Assembly: GCA_035405645.1 (NCBI GenBank) | Contig: DAONJL010000002.1 | Coordinates: 68,701 to 132,700 of the forward strand | DNA length: 64,000 nucleotides | Source: a bacterium | GTDB taxonomy: Bacteria; JAGOBX01; DAONJL01 | Reading direction: 5' to 3' | In this document: in pieces, positions 41,255 to 54,154 of the stretch | Position numbering within the stretch: position 1 is the stretch's first letter | Layout of the letters: every line of letters begins with the position of its first letter | The notes under the pieces: model-generated | Seen by the model: the letters and a program-made list of their open reading frames with translations, nothing else | Told to the model about the DNA's origin: nothing | Database searches by the model: none | Position numbers and translations under genes: made by a program

Positions 41255-42395
41255 GAGTTATTAAAGTTAGAATAATACTAACAATCCAGAATCTCAAAAT
41301 TATTTTTGGTTCTTTTAATCCCATTTTTTCATAATGATGGTGAATTGGTGCCATAAGAAAAATTCGCTTTTTATAAAGTTTAAAAGAAAACACCTGTAAC
41401 ATCACAGACAAAGCTTCAATAACAAAAATACCACCTGCAAAAATAAGTAATAATTCTTTTTTTATAACAATAGCAGTATAACCAATAGCAGCACCAATAG
41501 CAAGCGAACCAGTATCACCCATAAAAACAGAGGCAGGATAAGAATTAAACCAGAGAAAACCTAGCATTGCACCAATAATAGCAGCGCAATAAACAGTCAT
41601 TTCAGCAGCACCCTGTATAAATAAAATATTTAGATAAGAAGCTATTTTCCAGTTACCAGCGAGATAAGAAAGAACAGCAAATGAAACAGCAGTAAGTGCA
41701 ACAGTTCCAGCTGCAAGACCATCTAAACCATCAGTTAAATTTACAGCATTTGAAGAACCAGTAATAACAAACACAACAAAGACAATATAAAAATAATTAA
41801 GATTTATTAAAAGGTTCTTAAAAAAAGGAATAGAAATATAAGTTGTATAAATAGTTGAAACAAAATTTTTATAATCAAGTTCAGAAGGATTAAAACCTAT
41901 ATCCCATAATTTTGCAACATAAACTTTATAAACATAAATAATAATTCCAATTAATAAAGAAACATAAATTTGTAATAATAATTTATATCTTGCTTTTAAA
42001 CCTTCAGGATTCTTTTTTGTTAATTTTAAATAATCATCAATAAAACCAATAATACCAAAACCAACTAAAACAATAAGACCCCATAAAATAAATAGATTTT
42101 TAAGATTTGCACATAATAATATTGAAATAATAGTAGAAATTAAAATAATTAAACCACCCATTGTTGGTGTGCCAAGTTTTAATTGATGTGATTCTGGATA
42201 ACCATAATCTTTTCTAATCATTTGTGATATTTTATATTTTCTTAAATAATCTATTATATATGGACCAATGATTAGTGAAATAATAAAAGCAATAAATAAA
42301 GAAATAAAAGCACGAACAGTAATAAATCTAAAAATTCGTAAAACAGAAAAAATAGTTCCTTCTTTAAAAAATGTTAAATATAAAAAATAAAACAT
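41232..42395 (-). CDS. mraY: Phospho-N-acetylmuramoyl-pentapeptide transferase.
   Basis: Polytopic membrane protein with MraY motifs (NAVNLTDGLDGLA, MGDTGSL). Confidence 0.9.
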   Translation of the reverse strand: MFYFLYLTFFKEGTIFSVLRIFRFITVRAFISLFIAFIISLIIGPYIIDYLRKYKISQMIRKDYGYPESHQLKLGTPTMGGLIILISTIISILLCANLKNLFILWGLIVLVGFGIIGFIDDYLKLTKKNPEGLKARYKLLLQIYVSLLIGIIIYVYKVYVAKLWDIGFNPSELDYKNFVSTIYTTYISIPFFKNLLINLNYFYIVFVVFVITGSSNAVNLTDGLDGLAAGTVALTAVSFAVLSYLAGNWKIASYLNILFIQGAAEMTVYCAAIIGAMLGFLWFNSYPASVFMGDTGSLAIGAAIGYTAIVIKKELLLIFAGGIFVIEALSVMLQVFSFKLYKKRIFLMAPIHHHYEKMGLKEPKIILRFWIVSIILTLITLATVKFQ

Positions 42396-42410
42396 TTTAT
42401 ATTCCTCTTT

Positions 42411-43793
42411 TTAAAATTTTAAATAATCAAAAATTCTTTCTAACTTAATTCCACGCGAACCTTTTATAAATAATAAATCATTTTCTTTTAATTCATTATT
42501 TAGTTTTTCGCAAATTTTTTTAATTGAATCATCTGATTTATCGTATAAAAATAGATTTACATTTGTTGATTTAAAATTATCATAAATCACTTTAATTTCA
42601 TTTCCAACTAAAAATAAAAATTTTAGTTTTTTTACTTGTTCTAAATAGGTAGTCATATTTAAATGTAATTGTGTTGAAAACTCACCTAATTCAAGCATAT
42701 CACCAAACACAATAAAAATATTTCCTTTTACATCAAAACTATTTAAAGTTTTCAAAGCAAATTGAGCAGAACCAGGATTAGAATTATAACAATCAACATA
42801 AAAAATAATTCCATTTCTTTCAAAAATTTCAGACCTTTTATCAGCACTTTTATAATTTTCGAGTGCAGTTTTAATTACATCATCAGAAATACCATAATAT
42901 TTAGCAATAGTAGCAGCACCAATTGAATTTAATAAATTATGTTCACCAATTATATTTAATTTTATAATAGTATCACAAAATTTAAATTCATAATACCCAT
43001 TTTTATTTGTTAATATTTCTACTGGATAATATGAATCTGTTATTCCATATTTTATTATCTTTAAATCAGATGGTGCATAATTTAAAGTCTTTAATACATT
43101 TTCATTATCACCATTTAAAAATGCTATCTTTTCTTTTAAATTTTGCAATATTTCTGATTTTGCTTTAATTACATTTTCAAGTGAACCAAGCCCTTCTAAA
43201 TGTGATGGAAAAACTGATGTAATAATAGCAGAATCAAGTTCTATTATATCAGCAAGATAAAAAATTTCTCCTAAATGATTCATTCCTAATTCAAATATAC
43301 CAACTTCTGTTTCAGAATTTATATTAAAAATAGAAAGAGGAAGACCAATAGCATTATTAAAATTTTTTATTGAAGTAATTGTTTTTTTAACTAAAGAAAA
43401 AATTGAGAATAATAGATTTCTTGTTGTTGTTTTTCCATTTGAACCAGTTATACCAATTGTTAAAATATTAAATTTCTTTTTATAATAATTTGCTAATTTA
43501 CCAAGTGCTTTAATTGTATCATCAACAAACAAAAAATATTTAAAAGAAGAGAGAGACGAATTTTGATTAATAATATTTTTAAAAGAATGATTAACTACAC
43601 AAATTTTAGCACCTTGATTTATTGCATTTATAACAAAATTATGTCCATCAAAATTTTCACCGATTAACGCAAAAAAAAGAGAATTTGAACAATCCTTTCG
43701 AGTATCAGTTGAAATATTACTAATAAAAAAATCATTTTCGATTGTTTGATTATTAAATAATTTTGCTATTTCATTATAGTAAATTTTTTCCAT
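42411..43793 (-). CDS. murF: UDP-MurNAc-tripeptide--D-alanyl-D-alanine ligase.
   Basis: Mur ligase P-loop GITGSNGKTTT. MurF is assigned from its position upstream of mraY. Confidence 0.75.
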   Translation of the reverse strand: MEKIYYNEIAKLFNNQTIENDFFISNISTDTRKDCSNSLFFALIGENFDGHNFVINAINQGAKICVVNHSFKNIINQNSSLSSFKYFLFVDDTIKALGKLANYYKKKFNILTIGITGSNGKTTTRNLLFSIFSLVKKTITSIKNFNNAIGLPLSIFNINSETEVGIFELGMNHLGEIFYLADIIELDSAIITSVFPSHLEGLGSLENVIKAKSEILQNLKEKIAFLNGDNENVLKTLNYAPSDLKIIKYGITDSYYPVEILTNKNGYYEFKFCDTIIKLNIIGEHNLLNSIGAATIAKYYGISDDVIKTALENYKSADKRSEIFERNGIIFYVDCYNSNPGSAQFALKTLNSFDVKGNIFIVFGDMLELGEFSTQLHLNMTTYLEQVKKLKFLFLVGNEIKVIYDNFKSTNVNLFLYDKSDDSIKKICEKLNNELKENDLLFIKGSRGIKLERIFDYLKF

Positions 43794-43796
43794 CGT

Positions 43797-46283
43797 TTAA
43801 TTATCTTCCTTATTTTTATTATTATTATTTTCATTTACATTATTACCATTACCGTTTTCTTCATCAGGAATAACACGACAGACATCCATAACTTTATCAT
43901 TTTCATTTAATCTAATAACACGAACACCTTGTGTATTTCTACCAATATTAGAAATATCTTTAACATACAAACGAATAATAATGCCATTTTGAGTTATGAG
44001 CATAAGTTCATCAGTATTATTAACACCTAATATTGCGATAGTATTACCATTTTTTTCTGTGCGTTTAATATTTATAATTCCTTTACCACCTCGCGATTGT
44101 TTTCTATATTCACTTTCATCTGTTCGTTTGCCAAATCCAACATCAGTAACAGCGAGAATAGACATACCAGAAACAAGAGGAATCATACCAACGACTTTAT
44201 CACCTTTTGATAATTTAATACCACGAACACCATAAGCTGTACGACCCATAGGTCTAACTTCAGTTTCAGAAAAGCGAATTGCTTTACCTGATTTAGTTCC
44301 AAGTAAAATATCAGTTTTTCCATCAGTCACTTTAACTTCAATAAGATTATCATCAGGTGGAATAGTCATAGCAATTATACCAGATGAGCGCGGATTACTA
44401 AAAAGCATAAGATTACATTTTTTTACAATACCTTTTTCTGTTGTAAAAAATAAATATTCAGAATCAGAAAATTTTTTAATATTTACAAATGCTTTTATTT
44501 TTTCATCTTGTTCAAGTGGCAATAAATTTACTATTGCTTTGCCGCGTGATAATCTACCACCTTCTGGAATATCATATACTTTTAACCAATAACATTTACC
44601 TTTATTAGTAAAGAAAAGAATATAATTATGAGTTGAAGCAACAAACATATATTCAACAAAATCATCTTCTTTAGTTTCCATTCCGTATTTACCTTTACCA
44701 CCGCGCGCTTGACTTTTATAAATATTTATATTCATTCTTTTAATATAACCAGAATGAGAAATAGTAATAACAACATTTTCATCAGCAATTAAATCTTCAA
44801 CTGATAATTCTTTTGAATCAGCAATAATTTCAGTCTTTCTTTTATCTCCATATTCTTTCTTTAAATTTTCCATTTCTTCTTTAATTAAATTAATAACCAT
44901 ATAAGGATTTTCAAGAATACTTTTCAAATATTCAATAGTTTGAATTAATTCAAGATATTCAGTTTCAAGTTTAGTAACTTCAAGACCAGTTAATCTTTGC
45001 AATCGCATTTCAAGAATTGCCTGTGCTTGTGTTTCAGTTAATTCAAATCTATTCATTAATTTATTTTTAGCATCATTAAAATCAGCTGCTTTTTTAATTA
45101 ATTCAATAACTTCATCAATATTAGCAATTGCAATTTTTAAACCTTCTAAAATATGAGCACGAAGTTCTGCTTTTTTTAAATCATATTTTGTTCTTTTAAT
45201 TATTACTTCTTTTCTAAATTCAACAAAATAAGTAAGAATTTCTTTTAAATTAAGAACACGAGGTTTACCATTAACAATCGCAAGTAAAATAATACCAAAT
45301 GAAGATTGTAATTGAGTATGTTTATATAATTGATTTAAAACAACTTTAGCAATAGCACCTTTTTTGATTTCAATAACAATTCTAATTCCTTCTCTATCAG
45401 ATTCATCACGAATATCACTAATACCATCAATTTTATCTTCTCTAACTAATTCAGCAATTTTTTCAATTAAATTTGCTTTATTAACCTGATAAGGAATTTC
45501 AGAAATAATAATATTTTCTTTTCCACCTTGTTTTCCAACTTCAATAAAAGCCCGAGATTGAATATTTATTGTTCCTTTTCCAGTTTCATAAGCATTGATA
45601 ATACCTTCTCTACCAGTAATAATTGCACCAGTTGGAAAATCTGGTCCTTTAATAAAATTCATTAAATCTTTAACAGAACAATCAGGATTATCAAGTAAAA
45701 AAATAATAGCATCACAAACTTCATTTAAATTATGAGGTGGAATATTTGTAGCCATACCAACAGCAATACCACTTGAACCATTTAAAATTAAATTAGGTAA
45801 AACTGATGGTAAAACTTCTGGTTCCTGTAAAGTCTCATCAAAATTAGGTCTGAAATCAACAGTTTCTTTTTCTATATCTTTTAATAATTCAGAAGCAATT
45901 TTAGCCATTCGTGCTTCAGTATAACGCATAGCAGCAGGACTATCGCCATCAATAGAACCAAAATTTCCCTGGCCATCAATCAAAGGATAACGAAGTGAGA
46001 AATCCTGTGTCATTCGAACAAGTGCATCATAAACAGCAATATCACCATGTGGATGATATTTACCTAATACTTCACCTACAATTCTTGCTGATTTTTTATA
46101 TGGTTTATTGTAAGTTAAACTTAATTCATTCATTGCATAAAGAATTCTACGATGAACAGGCTTTAAACCATCACGGACATCAGGTAAAGCACGACCAATA
46201 ATAACACTCATTGAATAATCAATATAAGAATTTTTCATTTCATCTTCGATGTAAGCATTTATAATATTACCATTTTCAATCAA
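43797..46283 (-). CDS. gyrA: DNA gyrase subunit A.
   Basis: AAMRYTE carries the active-site Tyr. The QRDR region is [12 protein letters not shown]. There is a GyrA-box-bearing beta-pinwheel C-terminal domain and an Asn-rich tail. Confidence 0.95.
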   Translation of the reverse strand: MIENGNIINAYIEDEMKNSYIDYSMSVIIGRALPDVRDGLKPVHRRILYAMNELSLTYNKPYKKSARIVGEVLGKYHPHGDIAVYDALVRMTQDFSLRYPLIDGQGNFGSIDGDSPAAMRYTEARMAKIASELLKDIEKETVDFRPNFDETLQEPEVLPSVLPNLILNGSSGIAVGMATNIPPHNLNEVCDAIIFLLDNPDCSVKDLMNFIKGPDFPTGAIITGREGIINAYETGKGTINIQSRAFIEVGKQGGKENIIISEIPYQVNKANLIEKIAELVREDKIDGISDIRDESDREGIRIVIEIKKGAIAKVVLNQLYKHTQLQSSFGIILLAIVNGKPRVLNLKEILTYFVEFRKEVIIKRTKYDLKKAELRAHILEGLKIAIANIDEVIELIKKAADFNDAKNKLMNRFELTETQAQAILEMRLQRLTGLEVTKLETEYLELIQTIEYLKSILENPYMVINLIKEEMENLKKEYGDKRKTEIIADSKELSVEDLIADENVVITISHSGYIKRMNINIYKSQARGGKGKYGMETKEDDFVEYMFVASTHNYILFFTNKGKCYWLKVYDIPEGGRLSRGKAIVNLLPLEQDEKIKAFVNIKKFSDSEYLFFTTEKGIVKKCNLMLFSNPRSSGIIAMTIPPDDNLIEVKVTDGKTDILLGTKSGKAIRFSETEVRPMGRTAYGVRGIKLSKGDKVVGMIPLVSGMSILAVTDVGFGKRTDESEYRKQSRGGKGIINIKRTEKNGNTIAILGVNNTDELMLITQNGIIIRLYVKDISNIGRNTQGVRVIRLNENDKVMDVCRVIPDEENGNGNNVNENNNNKNKEDN

Positions 46284-46306
46284 TTTTTTTTACTCCTTTC
46301 AAATAA

Positions 46307-49758
<3,452 letters not shown>

Positions 49759-49763
49759 TGTAA

Positions 49764-50909
49764 TTACAACATCATTGGCATTATAATAATTATATGATTA
49801 TCATTATCAATTGGCTTAATTTTTATAGGTTTCTTTTTATCTATAAAAGTAAGAATTAAATTTTCATCATCTATTTCTTTAATACATTCTCTAAAATGTC
49901 TTCCATTAAAAGAAATTTTAAATTCATTTTCATATATTTGATTAGTTTTATATTTTTTAGAAATATAACCTTCATTTTCAGATTTTGCTTCGAAAATTGC
50001 TTCATTATCTTTTAAAGTTAAATAAATTTGTGGATTAGATTTTTCTTCTGAAAAAATTGAAACAAGAGAAATAATATTAAGCAATTTTGTTTTTTCAATT
50101 TCTAATGAATAATTATAACTTGAAGGAATGACACGCATATAATCAGGATAATTAGCATCAATTAAACGAGTATAAATTTCAATATTAGAACCAATTCTTA
50201 ATAATGCTTTTTTCTCCTCTAAATTCCAATATATTCTTACTCTCTTATTATTTTCAGAAGCATTGCATTTTAATATTTCAACTGGAATCCTTTTTGGAAA
50301 TAACAAAGAAATTTTATTTTCACTTTTAATATTTTCAAGATGGTCAGTAATTAAAATTAAACGATTAGAATCAGTAGCAACAAAACGAATTTCATCGCCA
50401 AAAAATTCACATAAAACACCTTCAACAAATTTTCTGCTTGGATCAATACCAGTTGCAAAATAACATTTTTTAAAATAATCCTGTAATTGAGAAAGTTCTA
50501 ATTCAATATAATTTTCTTCTGAAATATCGAATTTTTTCGGGAAACTTTCACCATCAATATAATTTAAATAACTATTTAAACCTATATCAGTGATATTTAA
50601 TGATAATTTGTTATTTTCAAAAGATATATTTACTTCCTCAATTTCATTTGTTATTTCTTTTATTAAATCAAATAATATTTTTCCATTGAATGCAATCGGA
50701 GGACTGCTTATTTTTTCATCTATTTTTATTATTTTTCTAATAAATACTTCAAGGTCAGTTGCACTAAATATTATGTTATCATCTTCTATTTCAAGTAAAA
50801 TATTTTTTAAAATTTCTTTTATTGCTTTCTCACTCGCTATACTATTTACAAGTTGTAAAGTTTCAACTAATTCTTTTGACTTAATTTTTAAATTCATATT
50901 ATCCTCCAA
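49764..50909 (-). CDS. dnaN: DNA polymerase III beta sliding clamp.
   Basis: A 381 aa protein in a three-domain clamp layout, located between dnaA and recF. Confidence 0.8.
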   Translation of the reverse strand: MEDNMNLKIKSKELVETLQLVNSIASEKAIKEILKNILLEIEDDNIIFSATDLEVFIRKIIKIDEKISSPPIAFNGKILFDLIKEITNEIEEVNISFENNKLSLNITDIGLNSYLNYIDGESFPKKFDISEENYIELELSQLQDYFKKCYFATGIDPSRKFVEGVLCEFFGDEIRFVATDSNRLILITDHLENIKSENKISLLFPKRIPVEILKCNASENNKRVRIYWNLEEKKALLRIGSNIEIYTRLIDANYPDYMRVIPSSYNYSLEIEKTKLLNIISLVSIFSEEKSNPQIYLTLKDNEAIFEAKSENEGYISKKYKTNQIYENEFKISFNGRHFRECIKEIDDENLILTFIDKKKPIKIKPIDNDNHIIIIMPMML

Positions 50910-51124
50910 AAAAAGTAATAATATATTTAATAAATATTAATTTATTATATATATTATGTCAACAAAAAAATGTTAAAAAATTATTTAACTTATATATTTT
51001 GTATAAAAAAAATTGTTATAAATTTTTTTATTTTTTGTAATTTAATTATTTAAGAAAAAAATAAAATGTTTATAAAAAAAATAATTAACAAATTATAAAA
51101 AAAATTTATCAACAATTGTTTAAA
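50910..51124. promoter_or_regulatory. dnaA-dnaN intergenic region with DnaA-box-like 9-mers. This is a candidate oriC half or DnaA autoregulatory site.
   Basis: TTATCAACA at 51106-51114 has one mismatch to TTATCCACA. AATTAACAAATTAT at 51084-51097 is shared with the dnaA-upstream region. The rest of the gap is extremely AT-rich. Confidence 0.4.
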
Positions 51125-52483
51125 TTAACAACCTAATTGTTCTTTAATCTTTTTTATTATTTCTAAAATTTTTGTATTACTTGCAATTTTCTTTTCTATT
51201 TTCGCATAAGCATTTATAACAGTTGAGTGGTCTCTACCACCAAATTCTTCTCCTATTTGTTGTAATGAATTATCAGTTAAAGTTCTTGCTAAATACATTG
51301 CTAAATGTCTCGCAAATGAAATATTTTTTGTCCGTTTTGATGATTTTAAATCACTTATTGAAATATTAAAAAATTTACTTACAACTTTTTGGATTTCATT
51401 TATATCAATTTTTGTGTAATTTGAATTATTACCATTTTCTTCAATTATATCTTTTAATACTTTTTGTGCAAGTTCATAAGTAATATCAACTTTCATAACA
51501 GAAGAAAAAGCAATAAGTTTTGTAAGAGCACCTTCTAAATCACGAATATTTGATTTTATATTTGTTGCAATATAATTTATAACATCATCAGGAATAGGAA
51601 TTTTATTATTATCAACTAATTTTTTTAAAATTGCAATTCTTGTTTCAATTTTTGGCGGCTGAATATCAGCAAGTAAACCTGAAACAAATCTTGTTTTTAA
51701 TCGTTCTTCCATTTTTAATTCTTTTGGTGGTTTATCACAGGTTATTACAATTTGTTTTTGTGCAGTAAATAATGTATTAAATGTATGAAAAAATTCTTCC
51801 TGTAACTGTTCTTTACCAGCAAGAAATTGAATATCGTCAATTAATAAAACATCAAAATTTCTATATTTTTCTCTAAATGATAATGTATTTTTTTTTGTTA
51901 ATGATTCAATATATTCATTTGTAAAATTTTCGCAGGTAATATAAAATAAAGATAATTCTTTAAGATATTTCATTACATAATGACCAATTGCTTGCATTAA
52001 ATGAGTTTTTCCTAAACCAACACCACCATAAATAAATAATGGATTATATTTTTTTGCTGGTTCTTTAGCGACTGCAAGAGCAGCTGCATGCGCAAATTGA
52101 TTACTATCTCCTACAATAAAAGTTTCAAATGTAAATTTTGGATTTAGTTCTTGATAATTACCAAATATTTTTAATTGTTTTGTTTGTTTTGTTTCTTTTT
52201 TTATTTGTTTTTCTTCTTCTGGTTGATTGAATAAATCTAATGGTTCAATTTCAAATTCTAAATTTAATTCTTTATTAAAAACATTTTTTATACACGAATA
52301 AACTTCTTTTTCAAATCTATTTAATATTTGTTTTTTATAAAAAAGAGTTGGAATTTTAATAATGAAATTATTATTATTCACAGCAAATTTTAATTGAGAA
52401 AACCATAGTGAAAATGATTCTTCACCAATCTTTTTTTTAAGTGTTTCTATAAATTTATTTAATAGATTATCATCTTTTTTCAT
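51125..52483 (-). CDS. dnaA: Chromosomal replication initiator DnaA.
   Basis: AAA+ Walker A GGVGLGKTHL, Walker B LLIDDIQF, sensor motifs, and the C-terminal DNA-binding domain signature (ISFARHLAMYLARTLTDNSLQQIGEEFGGRDHSTV). Confidence 0.95.
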   Translation of the reverse strand: MKKDDNLLNKFIETLKKKIGEESFSLWFSQLKFAVNNNNFIIKIPTLFYKKQILNRFEKEVYSCIKNVFNKELNLEFEIEPLDLFNQPEEEKQIKKETKQTKQLKIFGNYQELNPKFTFETFIVGDSNQFAHAAALAVAKEPAKKYNPLFIYGGVGLGKTHLMQAIGHYVMKYLKELSLFYITCENFTNEYIESLTKKNTLSFREKYRNFDVLLIDDIQFLAGKEQLQEEFFHTFNTLFTAQKQIVITCDKPPKELKMEERLKTRFVSGLLADIQPPKIETRIAILKKLVDNNKIPIPDDVINYIATNIKSNIRDLEGALTKLIAFSSVMKVDITYELAQKVLKDIIEENGNNSNYTKIDINEIQKVVSKFFNISISDLKSSKRTKNISFARHLAMYLARTLTDNSLQQIGEEFGGRDHSTVINAYAKIEKKIASNTKILEIIKKIKEQLGC

Positions 52484-52687
52484 AAGCGAAAATAGTATAA
52501 AAAAATAAAAAAAAAATCAAATAAAAAATGAAAAAAATTTTTTAAAAATTAACAAATTATTAACATTTTATTTTAAAAGACTAATAATTAAATTTACTCA
52601 CAAAAAATATAAGATACGAAATTTTTAAAAATAAATTATTAACATTTCAACAAATTATTAACAATAAAAACCTGTTAATAATTTCTC
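52484..52687. promoter_or_regulatory. Candidate oriC / dnaA promoter region with four copies of TTATTAACA (three direct, one inverted).
   Basis: TTATTAACA at 52557-52565, 52636-52644 and 52655-52663. The inverted TGTTAATAA is at 52673-52681. The motif has two mismatches to the E. coli DnaA box and is embedded in a longer AAATTATTAACA repeat. Confidence 0.45.
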
Positions 52688-54064
52688 CTATTTTCTTTTA
52701 TAATCATCTTCATAGCGTATTATATCATATTCATCTAATTTTTCGCCAAATTGTATTTCTATTATTTCAATATTTTTTTTTGTATTATTTATTAATCTAT
52801 GCTTAATTTTTTTTGGAATAAATATATATTCATTCTCTTTCAATGTGTATTTATTATTATCTTTAATTACAATAGGATTACCTTTAATTACGACCCAATG
52901 TTCATCACGAAAATTATGTGATTGCAGACTTAATTTATGATTTGGATGAACACAAATTCTTTTTATTAGATAATTTACGCCTTTTTCAATAACATAATAA
53001 TAACCCCATGGTTTTTGAACTAAAGCATGAAGTTTATATTCTTCTCTATCCTGTTCTTTTAATTTTTCAAATATATTTTTTACATATTGTGTTTGTTCAA
53101 TATTACAAACAAGCAAAGCATCTTTTGTATCAACAATTGCTAAATTATTTATTCCAACAATTGCTGTTAACTTTTCTTTTGAAAAAACAAAATTATTTGA
53201 TGAATTAAAATTAATTATATCACCTTCAAAATAATTATTATTATTATCTTTTTGTTGAATATCAAAATATGCTTTCCAGTTTCCTATATCAGACCAGCCT
53301 ATATTTTCTGCTTTTGAAATTAATATATTTTTTGTTTTTTCCATTACTGCATAATCAATTGATATATTTAATAATTTTGAATATTCATCTTCTTTAAAAT
53401 TAGAATTTATATAATTATTTATTCCATTTAAAACATCAGGACAAAATTTATTTAATTCATTAATCATAGTATTTTTATTAAACAAAAAAATACCACAATT
53501 CCAGAAGAAATTTGAATCATTAAAATATTTTTTTGCAGTTTCAAAATCTGGTTTTTCAAAAAAGCCCTCAACAAAATAGATATTTTTTTCATAAGCAGCA
53601 GAAGAAGATTTAATATAACCAAAATTTGTATCAGGATAAGTTGGTTTTATACCAAATGTAATGATGTAATTATTTTTAGCAGCATTTATTGCTGATTTTA
53701 TAATTTCAGTAAATTCATTATTATTTAAAATAATGTGGTCAGACGGTGAAACCAGAAATAAATCATCATTATCAGAAGTAAGCATAGCGAGCGCAATAGC
53801 AGGTGCAGTATTTCTTGCTAATGGTTCTTGAATAATTTTGTAATTTATATTTTTAAAAACAGAAAGTTGATTTATAAAAATATCTTCATTTATATTTTTA
53901 TTTGTCACAATAATAAAATCATTTGAAACTGGTAAAAATCGTTTTATTGTTGATTGAAATAGTGTTTCATTATTAAATAGTGAGAGCAGATATTTTGGAT
54001 AATATTCTCTACTTAAAGGCCAGAGTCTTGTGCCACTGCCACCAGCTAAAATAATAATTTTCAT
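52688..54064 (-). CDS. manC: Mannose-1-phosphate guanylyltransferase / mannose-6-phosphate isomerase (bifunctional ManC-type, with a cupin C-terminus).
   Basis: N-terminal nucleotidyltransferase motif MKIIILAGGSGTRLWPLSRE. The C-terminal cupin region carries the His ligands (SLQSHNFRDEHWVVIKG). Confidence 0.75.
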   Translation of the reverse strand: MKIIILAGGSGTRLWPLSREYYPKYLLSLFNNETLFQSTIKRFLPVSNDFIIVTNKNINEDIFINQLSVFKNINYKIIQEPLARNTAPAIALAMLTSDNDDLFLVSPSDHIILNNNEFTEIIKSAINAAKNNYIITFGIKPTYPDTNFGYIKSSSAAYEKNIYFVEGFFEKPDFETAKKYFNDSNFFWNCGIFLFNKNTMINELNKFCPDVLNGINNYINSNFKEDEYSKLLNISIDYAVMEKTKNILISKAENIGWSDIGNWKAYFDIQQKDNNNNYFEGDIINFNSSNNFVFSKEKLTAIVGINNLAIVDTKDALLVCNIEQTQYVKNIFEKLKEQDREEYKLHALVQKPWGYYYVIEKGVNYLIKRICVHPNHKLSLQSHNFRDEHWVVIKGNPIVIKDNNKYTLKENEYIFIPKKIKHRLINNTKKNIEIIEIQFGEKLDEYDIIRYEDDYKRK

Positions 54065-54154
54065 TCTTTTATTATCCTTTATTTAAAAAAATTTTAAAGT
54101 TAAAAAAATACAACAAAAAAATTTTTTGTCAATAAAATTTTTATAATAAAATTA

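Noticed and set aside
54113-54129. Perfect A/T palindrome ACAAAAAAATTTTTTGT downstream of comEC
   Set aside because: It has only a 1-nt centre, so it cannot form a stable hairpin loop, and it is all A/T. In a ~25% GC genome such palindromes arise by chance. It is not a convincing intrinsic terminator.
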